From: Candidatus Saccharimonadota bacterium
GTDB taxonomy: Bacteria; Pseudomonadota; Alphaproteobacteria; Rickettsiales; Anaplasmataceae
NCBI GenBank assembly: GCA_029715105.1
Contig: CP085695.1
Span: forward strand, 210,001-242,000
Direction: 5' to 3'
Length of the DNA stretch: 32,000 bases
A program made the position numbers and the translations under genes. Each line of letters begins with the position of its first letter. Position 1 is the stretch's first letter. Under the pieces are notes generated by a model. That model was not told the DNA's origin, searched no databases, and saw nothing but the letters and a program-made list of their open reading frames with translations. This document shows positions 11,044-19,017 of the stretch, piece after piece.

Positions 11044-11901
11044 ATGTGTTTTAGTAGTTATCTTTTATTAATGAGGTTACACAGTTTAGCAGGTTTATGG
11101 CTTTTATTGTTTCCTAGTTTAAGTGGAATTGTTTTAGCTTCGTTTTTTTTATCTTGGAAGATTTTTTTTCTCTTTAGTGTATTTAGTGTAGGTGCATTTT
11201 TAATGAGATCTGCTGGTTGTATAATTAACGATATTATTGATAGAGAAATAGATGCGCGTGTAGAACGAACAAGATATAGACCGCTCGCAAGCAGCACATT
11301 AAGTGTAAAGCAAGCTTTAATTTTGCTTTTTTTTTTGCTTTCTATTGCGTTAATAATTTTATTTTTTACAAATAAAACTACTTTTATACTTGGAGCAGTT
11401 TCAATGTGTATGATAGTTATTTATCCATTATTAAAACGTTATGTTTGGTGGACTCAATTGTTTTTAGGATTTACTTTTAATATGGGATCGCTTTTAGGTT
11501 GGGCATCAGTGAGAGATGGAATTAGTATAGAACCTGTGTTTTTTTATTTAGGGTGTGTTTTTTGGACACTATGTTATGATATCATATATGCTCATCAAGA
11601 TAAGATAGATGATGAAAGATTGGGAATCAGATCGATGGCATTGTATTTTGGCAATACAACGAAATGTTGGTTGAAAAGATTTCATTTAATATCTCTTATG
11701 ATGTGGCTATATGCGGGTATTTTATCATCGTTGAATAATATTTTCTATGTTGCTTTATTTATTATTGGTGCTATGTTTTATTATCAATATGAAAATCTTA
11801 ATTTGGATGATTCTAGTCAGTGTATGCTTATATTTAAAAAAAATTCTTATATAGGATTACTGCTTTTTTTTGGTATTCTTTTGGATAGAGTTGTAAATTA
11901 A
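11044..11901 (+). CDS. ubiA: 4-hydroxybenzoate polyprenyltransferase (UbiA)
   Basis: 285 aa, polytopic. First Asp-rich motif NDIIDREIDARVERTRYRPLASS, second motif YAHQDKIDDERLGIRS. Confidence 0.88.
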   Translation: MCFSSYLLLMRLHSLAGLWLLLFPSLSGIVLASFFLSWKIFFLFSVFSVGAFLMRSAGCIINDIIDREIDARVERTRYRPLASSTLSVKQALILLFFLLSIALIILFFTNKTTFILGAVSMCMIVIYPLLKRYVWWTQLFLGFTFNMGSLLGWASVRDGISIEPVFFYLGCVFWTLCYDIIYAHQDKIDDERLGIRSMALYFGNTTKCWLKRFHLISLMMWLYAGILSSLNNIFYVALFIIGAMFYYQYENLNLDDSSQCMLIFKKNSYIGLLLFFGILLDRVVN

Positions 11902-12167
11902 AGTTTAAATTATAAGATATTGTTATAAGAGTTCGTTATAGTTGTTTCAACCTTAGAGTTATTTGAACGTATATTATAATGTCGAAGTTGGGACATTTTG
12001 TATCTAAGAAGTTTATTAGATTTAATAAAAGATTATATTGATTACCTATTTTAGGGTGGTGTTTGATAAGTGTAAAGTTAAGAATAGAGAATAATATTAT
12101 TTAACTGATTGATTATTTTTGTTTATTGGGTTTTTAGAGATAAAAGAAAAGCTATTGTATATTTAAA

Positions 12168-12965
12168 ATGAATAAATATATGAGCGTAATTATACATTCA
12201 CGGAAAGATTTTGAGTTCATGCGTAGAGCTGGTCGTCTAGCAGCTGAAACTTTAGATTTCATTGTACCATACGTAGAAATAGGAATAACAACTAATGAAT
12301 TAAATTATTTATGTCATAATTTTATAATTAGAGCAGGCGCAATTCCAGCACCTTTAAATTATAAAGGATTTCCAAAATCAATTTGTACATCAAAAAATGC
12401 TGTTGTATGTCATGGAATTCCAGATGATGAGCCACTTAAGAACGGAGATATTATAAATATCGATGTTACAGTGATTTTAAATGGTTGGTATGGTGATACA
12501 AGTCGTATGTTTTGGGTTGGTGAGCCATCGATGAAAGCAAAGCGTTTATGTGATGCTACTTATGGTGCATTAATAGAAGCAATAAAACAAGTTAAGCCTG
12601 GTAATAAGTTAAATAAGATTGGGTTTGCTATAGAAAAATATATTAAAGATTTTGGTTATTCTATTGTACGTAATTATTGTGGACATGGCATAGGAAAAGA
12701 CTTTCATGCTCCACCAAATGTGATGCATTTTTATGATAAAAATGAGACTCTTATTTTAGAAGAGGGTATGTTTTTTACGATAGAACCAATGATTAATATT
12801 GGACAACATGAAACTTTGCTTAGCCAACTAGATGGTTGGACTGTAACGACACGTGATTTTTCACTTTCTGCGCAATTTGAACATACCCTTGGAGTAACGA
12901 AGGATGGGGTTGAAATATTTACATTATCACCTAAAAATTGGCATTTTCCTCCTTTTAATTTTTAA
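12168..12965 (+). CDS. map: type I methionine aminopeptidase
   Basis: 265 aa. VCHGIPD, DIINIDVTVILNGWYGDTSRMF, CGHGIG, FTIEPM and QFEHT carry the metal-ligand residues of the MetAP-I family. Confidence 0.93.
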   Translation: MNKYMSVIIHSRKDFEFMRRAGRLAAETLDFIVPYVEIGITTNELNYLCHNFIIRAGAIPAPLNYKGFPKSICTSKNAVVCHGIPDDEPLKNGDIINIDVTVILNGWYGDTSRMFWVGEPSMKAKRLCDATYGALIEAIKQVKPGNKLNKIGFAIEKYIKDFGYSIVRNYCGHGIGKDFHAPPNVMHFYDKNETLILEEGMFFTIEPMINIGQHETLLSQLDGWTVTTRDFSLSAQFEHTLGVTKDGVEIFTLSPKNWHFPPFNF

Positions 12966-13378
12966 AAAGATTATTTATTTAGATATCTGATATTTTAATT
13001 TTGGTTCTTTTGAAGTTTTTTAGAATTTTGTTCTAAAAGCTAGATGTTCATATGATTATGTCTAAAAGATTGTTTATAATGATAGTTTCTGATTTTATAG
13101 AATATTTTAAATGTTTCTTAAAAATCTCTCTTATTACATACAAGTTTTTATTTTAAAATAGGGTTTTGTTAATTATTGAATGTAAAGTTTCTCTTATATG
13201 TAGAGTAAATGCGATTCTAATGGACGTGTTAAAAAAAAAGATTAAAATCAGTCTTAATGAGGGGAGATTCCACTTTCATGTGGAGGAATATTTGTTTAGT
13301 GGCACCTTATAAAGGAAGAGTAAAGGGTTTCATTGAGAATTGTTATTGAGGTAATAAGAAGTGTTGCTTATCATATAA

Positions 13379-13996
13379 ATGATAATGATTTATAATTTTA
13401 TGATATTAAAAGTAATAAACGCAATACGGAGTAATTTATTAGTCTGTTTTCCAACAGAGACTGTTTATGCTCTTGCCTGTAATGCATTAAGTTGTGAGGC
13501 TATAAAGAAAATATATCGAATAAAGAATCGTCCTAAAGATAAACCGCTGTCTATATCTGTTAATAATATTTATAGTTTAATGAAGATAATAGGGTTAAAG
13601 TTCAAATATTTTGATTTAGTAAATTATTTTTCTCCAGGACCAGTTACTTATGTTTTACCTCTTAGAGATAATAGTGTTCTTCCAAGGAAATTTTTTAAAG
13701 ATACTGTAGGTGTAAGAATACCTGATCATCCTATTGCAATTTCAATATTAAATGAACTAAAAACTCCGATAGTTATGACTAGTATTAATATTTCAGGAGA
13801 GAAAAGTGTATGTAAGGCAAATGATATACCTAAACCTTTTAAGCAGTATTTATCTGTGATATTTGAAGATGATAAATTAGTTTCTGGTATGGAATCTACT
13901 GTTATTGATTTGACTGGAGATAATATTAAAATATTAAGATATGGTAAAGTTGCGTTTCAAGTGATGTGTTTTTATGCTAAGTTTAATATTAAATGA
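13379..13996 (+). CDS. tsaC: L-threonylcarbamoyladenylate synthase, YrdC/TsaC family
   Basis: 205 aa. CFPTETVYALACNA, IKNRPKDKPLSI, VGVRIPDHP and TSINISGE match the YrdC/Sua5 domain. Confidence 0.8.
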   Translation: MIMIYNFMILKVINAIRSNLLVCFPTETVYALACNALSCEAIKKIYRIKNRPKDKPLSISVNNIYSLMKIIGLKFKYFDLVNYFSPGPVTYVLPLRDNSVLPRKFFKDTVGVRIPDHPIAISILNELKTPIVMTSINISGEKSVCKANDIPKPFKQYLSVIFEDDKLVSGMESTVIDLTGDNIKILRYGKVAFQVMCFYAKFNIK

Positions 13997-13999
13997 AGG

Positions 14000-14821
14000 A
14001 TGGAAAATATAATAGGTCATGATTATGCCAAAAAAAAGTTAATAGAGAATTTATCTATTCAAACTTGGTTAATTTGTGGTAAAAGGGGAATAGGAAAGGC
14101 AACATTTGTAAGATCTTTTTCTGATTGGCTTCTTGTAAAGAGAGGTAATGAAGTAGTAATGGATTTATATTTTGTTGATAATGGTACTATAGGGATAGAA
14201 AAAGTGAGAGAAATAAAAAATTTTTTGTATCTAAGTTCTATTCAATCAAAATATAAGATAGTTATTATAGATAGTTTAGAAGCAATGACAAATAATTCTC
14301 AAAATGCGATGTTAAAAATTCTCGAAGAACCACCAAAAAATTCTAAAATATTTATAATTAGTCATGAGCCGTATAATATAAAATCTACTATCAAATGCAG
14401 GTGTTTTCAATTAAATTTATTTCCACTAGGTTATGTAGAGACGAGACGAGTTATTTTATCTAAGTATAAGTTTGATGATCAGGTACTTAGTAAGATTATT
14501 ACTGTATTTCCCGGGAGACCAGGTGTAATTATAAATATAATGAATAATAATGATGTATGTGAATTTTTTCATACGTTTCCTCAAAATCTGAATAAACCAG
14601 AAATAATTAGTAGAATAATAAGTAGTGAAATAGAATTGGAATTTGCATCACGTTTAATTCAACTTTTTATTTTAAATAAAATAAAAAGTGAGATAAGTAG
14701 CGTTGAAATTTTATTAGATAAGTGGAAAAAGATACATGAACTTTTTATTGCTGCCAAACAACTTGATTTAGATAAAAAGCATATTTTAGCTAATGCAATT
14801 AATATTATTACATCAGTTTAG
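14000..14821 (+). CDS. holB: DNA polymerase III subunit delta prime
   Basis: 273 aa. IIGHDYAKKKL, a Walker-A-like CGKRGIGKATF, the clamp-loader motif NAMLKILEEPP and CRCFQ. It starts 3 nt after tsaC. Confidence 0.8.
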   Translation: MENIIGHDYAKKKLIENLSIQTWLICGKRGIGKATFVRSFSDWLLVKRGNEVVMDLYFVDNGTIGIEKVREIKNFLYLSSIQSKYKIVIIDSLEAMTNNSQNAMLKILEEPPKNSKIFIISHEPYNIKSTIKCRCFQLNLFPLGYVETRRVILSKYKFDDQVLSKIITVFPGRPGVIINIMNNNDVCEFFHTFPQNLNKPEIISRIISSEIELEFASRLIQLFILNKIKSEISSVEILLDKWKKIHELFIAAKQLDLDKKHILANAINIITSV

Positions 14822-14966
14822 TTTTAATGTTCATTTTATATTCAAAATATGAGGTGGAGATTGTTTAAATGGGAAGGAAGGGGATATTATGATTTTTGTT
14901 TAAAGTTTTTATAGTTTAAATTTATATGTATATATAACTTACTAAGTGTAAAAGTATAGTGTAGTA

Positions 14967-14980
14967 GTTATAAGTTATAA
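14967..14980. repeat. short tandem duplication (GTTATAA x2)
   Basis: Read directly: gttataa gttataa. It overlaps a 12-bp palindrome, AAGTTATAACTT. Confidence 0.85.
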
Positions 14981-15134
14981 CTTGTTAATAATATTGAAAG
15001 ATATAAAGATTATGGTTGTGGGCAAAAGTAGAGAATATAGTGGTATTGTTTTATTTCTACGTAATAGATGAGAGATAACTTGTAGATAAGAAATATTTTT
15101 TTGTTTATGAATTATTGATTAATATTTTACAATA

Positions 15135-15140
15135 GGGGGG
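15135..15140 (+). repeat. G6 homopolymer inside an AATAGGGGGG-TTGTG module
   Basis: Read directly. It is followed by TTGTG and the palindrome CTGTAAT-t-ATTACAG (15146-15160). Confidence 0.9.
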
Positions 15141-15253
15141 TTGTGCTGTAATTATTACAGAGATATTAAAAATTATAAATAACCGAAGTAATAGATATTA
15201 ATAAAAAGAAGTAAAGAAAAAGTTTTACTTTAATAATTTATAGAGGATAAATA

Positions 15254-15260
15254 GGGGGGG
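15254..15260 (+). promoter_or_regulatory. G7 homopolymer at -13..-7 of the GTG start of the VirB8-like gene (probable Shine-Dalgarno surrogate and slippage-prone tract)
   Basis: Read directly: AATAGGGGGGGCGTTTTGTG. There is an in-frame stop at 15252 and stops in the other two frames just upstream, so the tract is untranslated. Confidence 0.6.
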
Positions 15261-15266
15261 CGTTTT

Positions 15267-15935
15267 GTGAAAAATGACTTGTTTAAGTCAGTAAGAGATA
15301 GAAGTTATTTTGATAAAGCAATTGAGTGGTACTATTACAAGTATATGTTTTGTATAGTAGAAAGATCTTGGATGATGTTAATGATGGTATTTCTTTTAGT
15401 GTGTCTATTTTTGTTATTATTAAATATATACTTACTATTTCCTATTAAGAAAGATCTAAATTTTATAAAGTATGTAGATCATGGAGAAGATGAATTTTCT
15501 ATGATACATAAACTTCATCTTAATAAAGATGATGACGAATATACTTCTATATCTAAATATCTAATAAGTAAATATGTTGAAATATATGAATCAAGTAGAG
15601 CTTTTGAGTTAGAATTTCGAAGAAGTTTCATACAAAAAAATTCTATATATAAAGTATATCAAGATTTTCAAGAAAAAATTAATAAAGAAATTAGTAATTT
15701 ATCTAATACAAATATTTCTAATATAAAAATAATGAAGTTATCTGTTGATCAATCAGTTAAGAAATTAATTACCTTCTCTGGAAGAGCTGTTGTAATTTTT
15801 AAAGTTGATCGTAATAATAAAGAAATAGAGAATAATAGAACCGTTGATATTAGTTTTACATTATCTAATATTCAAGCAGCTTTGAGTAATATAATACCAT
15901 TTAAATTTATTATTGATAGTTATGAGTATAGATAA
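15267..15935 (+). CDS. VirB8-like type IV secretion inner-membrane protein (divergent stand-alone paralog)
   Basis: 222 aa with a GTG start. By-eye alignment to A. tumefaciens VirB8: YFDKAIEW vs YFAEARDWE; a single TM helix (WMMLMMVFLLVCLFLLLLNIYLL); LFPIKK..YVD vs LTPLKT..RVD; ISKYLISKYVEIYES vs VSKYFLAQYVRNRE; C-terminal IIPFKFIIDSYEY vs NPLGFQVTSY. Confidence 0.6.
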   Translation: MKNDLFKSVRDRSYFDKAIEWYYYKYMFCIVERSWMMLMMVFLLVCLFLLLLNIYLLFPIKKDLNFIKYVDHGEDEFSMIHKLHLNKDDDEYTSISKYLISKYVEIYESSRAFELEFRRSFIQKNSIYKVYQDFQEKINKEISNLSNTNISNIKIMKLSVDQSVKKLITFSGRAVVIFKVDRNNKEIENNRTVDISFTLSNIQAALSNIIPFKFIIDSYEYR

Positions 15936-16758
15936 ATTCATGTTACTTTACAATTAAATTTGTGATTGTTATTTCATTTTATGAAATATACTTAAATGAT
16001 AAGTTCGTTCTTTTGTTTACTATTTTTAATAGTGGAAAGTATAGATAAGTTTATGATTTACTACTGTGTAGTATTGTATAATGAATGATAATTTTTAATT
16101 TAATATTTTGGAATTTTACTAGAATATAAATTTTGAATTAAAGTGATATGAATTATAGTATAAATTTTATTATAATAAAATAATATTTTTTATTTTATTG
16201 TAATAGGAGGTTTTTAAAATTTAAAGAATATATAGGTTTAATAGAAATTGAAATTATGTTGAATGTATAAAGTTGGTATTAAAAATTTTTAAGATAAAAT
16301 ATATATTTTATCAATGAATAGATGATATAATTAAAAAGCTTTTATAGAAATTTTGTAGTAGTTATTATTTTAATAATATTTTGGAGAATTTATCAACCCA
16401 AGAGAGAATTTTGTAAATTAAGAGGAGTATTATTAATTTTAATTAATGAGTTATTTTCTAATTATAGAAATAGTATGTAATGGAGAAAGAATTTTATTCT
16501 TAAGTTCTTATTGTAATAATAGATATAGATAAATAATATTGTGGGGACATAAAATAAATTTAGAAAAATAAATAATTAAAACAAAAAAGTTTGATATGCT
16601 AAAGATAGGATGTTTCGTTTGATGTAAAGAAAGAGAGGGGATATTAAAGACATTTTCTCTTCATTGTGTATAGAGAGAGCTAAAATAAATAATTAAATTT
16701 AGTTGCTTAATAATCTTTATAATAAATAGGTAGTATGTATTTTTTCTCTATAGTAAGG

Positions 16759-17316
16759 TTATTTTACTAGAGGCAAGGTAATGCCATATTGTTTCATATA
16801 TTTTCCTTTCATTTTGTCATATGATTTCTTACATTTACTTTTACCGCTTAAAAATATAAATTGACATGCTCCTTCATTGGAGTAAATTTTTGCAGGAAGC
16901 GGAGTTGTATTTGAAAATTCGAGTGTAACGTGACCTTCCCATCCAGGTTCTAATGGGGTTACATTTATTATAATACCGCACCTTGCATAAGTTGATTTAC
17001 CTACACAAATAACTAGTACATCCTTAGGTATGCGAAAATATTCAATTGTACTTGCGAGTGTAAAACTATTTGGAGGAATTATACATATATCCGTTTCTCT
17101 GTCTACAAAACTATTTTCTGAAAAATCTTTAGGATCTATTATGGAGGAATTAATATTAGTAAAGATCTTGAATTTATTTCCAACTCTTGCATCATATCCA
17201 TAAGATGATAGTCCAAAAGAAATAACACCTTTACAATTTTTACGGTCCACAAAAGGCTCTATCATTCTAGAGTTTTTAACTTTTTTTTTTATCCATTTAT
17301 CCGGCATAACTGTCAT
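16759..17316 (-). CDS. dcd: dCTP deaminase
   Basis: 185 aa. [63 protein letters not shown]. This is the typical Dcd/dUTPase-fold signature. Confidence 0.92.
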   Translation of the reverse strand: MTVMPDKWIKKKVKNSRMIEPFVDRKNCKGVISFGLSSYGYDARVGNKFKIFTNINSSIIDPKDFSENSFVDRETDICIIPPNSFTLASTIEYFRIPKDVLVICVGKSTYARCGIIINVTPLEPGWEGHVTLEFSNTTPLPAKIYSNEGACQFIFLSGKSKCKKSYDKMKGKYMKQYGITLPLVK

Positions 17317-17342
17317 ACTTATTAAGTAAAAGTAGATGTTTA

Positions 17343-17371
17343 ATAGTATAAAATAAAAATTAAAATGTAAA
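17343..17371 (-). promoter_or_regulatory. candidate sigma70-type promoter for dcd
   Basis: On the minus strand: TTTACA (17371-17366), a 17-nt spacer, then TACTAT (17348-17343). The -10 ends 26 nt upstream of the dcd ATG. Confidence 0.3.
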
Positions 17372-17466
17372 CTGCTGCATTTGTATGTTTACGGTTTTGT
17401 AAAAAAGATTTATGTCTTTATAAAGAAGATAAGAGTTAATGAATTAATTTTTTAAAATTACAACAA

Positions 17467-17475
17467 GGGGGGGGG
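17467..17475. repeat. G9 (C9 on the gene strand) homopolymer
   Basis: Read directly: caacaaGGGGGGGGGaatta. On the minus strand it begins 2 nt after the rnhA stop codon and lies about 150 nt upstream of the dcd start. Confidence 0.95.
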
Positions 17476-17477
17476 AA

Positions 17478-17933
17478 TTAATATAATATTGTTAAGGTGT
17501 TAGTTACTGCTTTTTTTGCTAAATTATCGACTTCTTCGTTATATTTGTTGCCGCTATGAGCCTTAACCCATTTCCAATTGACTTTGTGTTGCGAAGATAT
17601 ATTGTCTAATTCTTTCCATAATTTTATATTTTTTACTGGTCTTTTATTGCTTGTTTTCCAACCATTCGTTTTCCATTTATTTATCCATTCTGTCATGCCA
17701 TATTTAATATAAAGACTATCTGTGTACAAATTAATGATATTGCAAGAAAATTTTAATACTTTTAATCCATTTATTATTGCTGTTAATTCCATTTTATTAT
17801 TTGTCGTATTTTCTTCTCTGCCATAAACATCTTTTCTATAATTTTGGAATAGTATAATTGCAGCCCATCCTCCTATTCCTGGGTTACCAAGACAAGATCC
17901 ATCTGTATATATTGTTACTTCTTTTTTACTCAC
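17478..17933 (-). CDS. rnhA: ribonuclease HI
   Basis: 151 aa. IYTDGSCLGNPGIGGWAAI, TTNNKMELTAII, LYTDSLYI, WKWVKAHSGNKYNEEVDNLA. The DEDD catalytic residues are in their expected context. Confidence 0.93.
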   Translation of the reverse strand: MSKKEVTIYTDGSCLGNPGIGGWAAIILFQNYRKDVYGREENTTNNKMELTAIINGLKVLKFSCNIINLYTDSLYIKYGMTEWINKWKTNGWKTSNKRPVKNIKLWKELDNISSQHKVNWKWVKAHSGNKYNEEVDNLAKKAVTNTLTILY

Positions 17934-17997
17934 TTACTATATACTTTGTAAAATTACAATTTTACCAAAATATATAGAAAATGTATAAGATAATTTA

Positions 17998-18105
17998 TTA
18001 GGTTGTGCTTCTAAATCTTATTAAAGAAACAAAGAAAAACACGATAGTAAGTATTACTAAAAGAAAAAACAAAAAGTAATTTTTATATTTTTTTTGTTTT
18101 TTCAT
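17998..18105 (-). CDS. hypothetical 35-aa single-pass membrane peptide directly downstream of ctaB (speculative)
   Basis: Own translation: MKKQKKYKNYFLFFLLVILTIVFFFVSLIRFRSTT. The ATG lies 7 nt after the ctaB stop. It has a Lys-rich N-terminus followed by an ~18-residue hydrophobic helix. It is below the ORF-track size cutoff. The coding sequence is built from A/T runs, so chance is a real alternative. Confidence 0.25.
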   Translation of the reverse strand: MKKQKKYKNYFLFFLLVILTIVFFFVSLIRFRSTT

Positions 18106-18112
18106 GACTTAA

Positions 18113-19000
18113 TTATAAATTAATAGAACAAAAAATAATACTGCTAAATAGAATAAATAAATAGGAGATTGAATAAGAAAACATTCTTTTTTGTGAGTTG
18201 TGATTTTTATATCTTATAATAGATATAGCGTGCCAAACAAAAATACATCCTTCAAGAATTGCAGTACCTAGATAATATATGTGGTTACTTCTTAGAAAGA
18301 AGGTTGGAAATAAGCTGGTGATCATTAATAATATACTATAAATCAATATATATTTTCTTGTTTTCTCTTGTCCGTAAACAGTATTGAAAGTTGGGATTGA
18401 TGCCCTTATATAGTCCTTAGATTTATCTAAAGATAAAGACCAGAAGTGCGGTGGAGTCCACATAAAAATTATTAGGAATAAAATAAAACTTTCTAAAGTT
18501 ATAGAATTAGTTATAACTGCCCAACCAATCATTGGAGAAAAAGCGCCTGATGCACCGCCAATAACGATATTTTGTGGGGTACGTCTTTTTAGCCAAATTG
18601 TATATATAAAAATGTAAAATAATATGCTAATTGCAAGTAAAATAGCGGAAGTGTAGTTTGCGACTATTGCTATAATAAATACTGATAATATTCCAAGGAT
18701 TATACCAAATTCAAGTGCGCTTTCTGCAGAAATTTTACCTGAAGGTATAGGGCGGTTTTTTGTTCTTTCCATAAGGAGATCTATATCTCTATCATACCAC
18801 ATATTTATAGCACATGCAGATCCAGAACCAAGTGCAATGCATATAATAGATATTATTCCAAGAAATGGATGAATACTACCTGGTGCAGCAACTATACCAG
18901 CAATTGCAGTGAATGCTACGAAGTACATTATTTTTGGTTTTAGTAGAAGCCAAAAGTCTAATATTGTTGATTCAATATTTAACAACACATTAGTACACAT
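18113..19000 (-). CDS. ctaB: protoheme IX farnesyltransferase (heme O synthase)
   Basis: 295 aa, polytopic. [25 protein letters not shown] is the UbiA-superfamily Asp-rich motif. It follows coxA, which is the conserved position. Confidence 0.92.
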   Translation of the reverse strand: MCTNVLLNIESTILDFWLLLKPKIMYFVAFTAIAGIVAAPGSIHPFLGIISIICIALGSGSACAINMWYDRDIDLLMERTKNRPIPSGKISAESALEFGIILGILSVFIIAIVANYTSAILLAISILFYIFIYTIWLKRRTPQNIVIGGASGAFSPMIGWAVITNSITLESFILFLIIFMWTPPHFWSLSLDKSKDYIRASIPTFNTVYGQEKTRKYILIYSILLMITSLFPTFFLRSNHIYYLGTAILEGCIFVWHAISIIRYKNHNSQKRMFSYSISYLFILFSSIIFCSINL

Positions 19001-19017
19001 CTTTACTTTATTATTAA

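Noticed and set aside
13017-13039. AT-rich hairpin TTTTAGAA-ttttg-TTCTAAAA about 50 nt after map, considered as an intrinsic terminator
   Set aside because: The stem has a single G-C pair and no following U-run. That is too weak to call, and similar AT hairpins are abundant.
14872-14880. GGAAGGAAG, reminiscent of the conserved SRP (4.5S) RNA domain IV motif
   Set aside because: The rest of the motif (..CAGC) is missing, and no complementary strand exists nearby to form the required long helix.
16164-16181. Perfect 18-bp palindrome ATTTTATTATAATAAAAT
   Set aside because: It is composed only of A/T. In A/T-only sequence each arm position pairs with probability about 0.5, so such palindromes are expected by chance in these spacers.
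16205-16210. Perfect AGGAGG in the convergent spacer
   Set aside because: No start codon lies within a usable distance, and there is no downstream ORF.
16254-16264. TTATGTTGAAT, a 10/11 match to the XerD arm of E. coli dif, in the convergent spacer. This raised the idea of a replication terminus at the strand switch.
   Set aside because: The 17 nt upstream do not give a plausible XerC arm and 6-nt centre. Spacers on both sides of the switch (for example around 16.6, 21.8 and 25.4 kb) remain G-over-C on the plus strand, so no skew inversion is visible here. A second near half-site (CTATGTTAAAT, 5195-5205) also lacks a partner arm.
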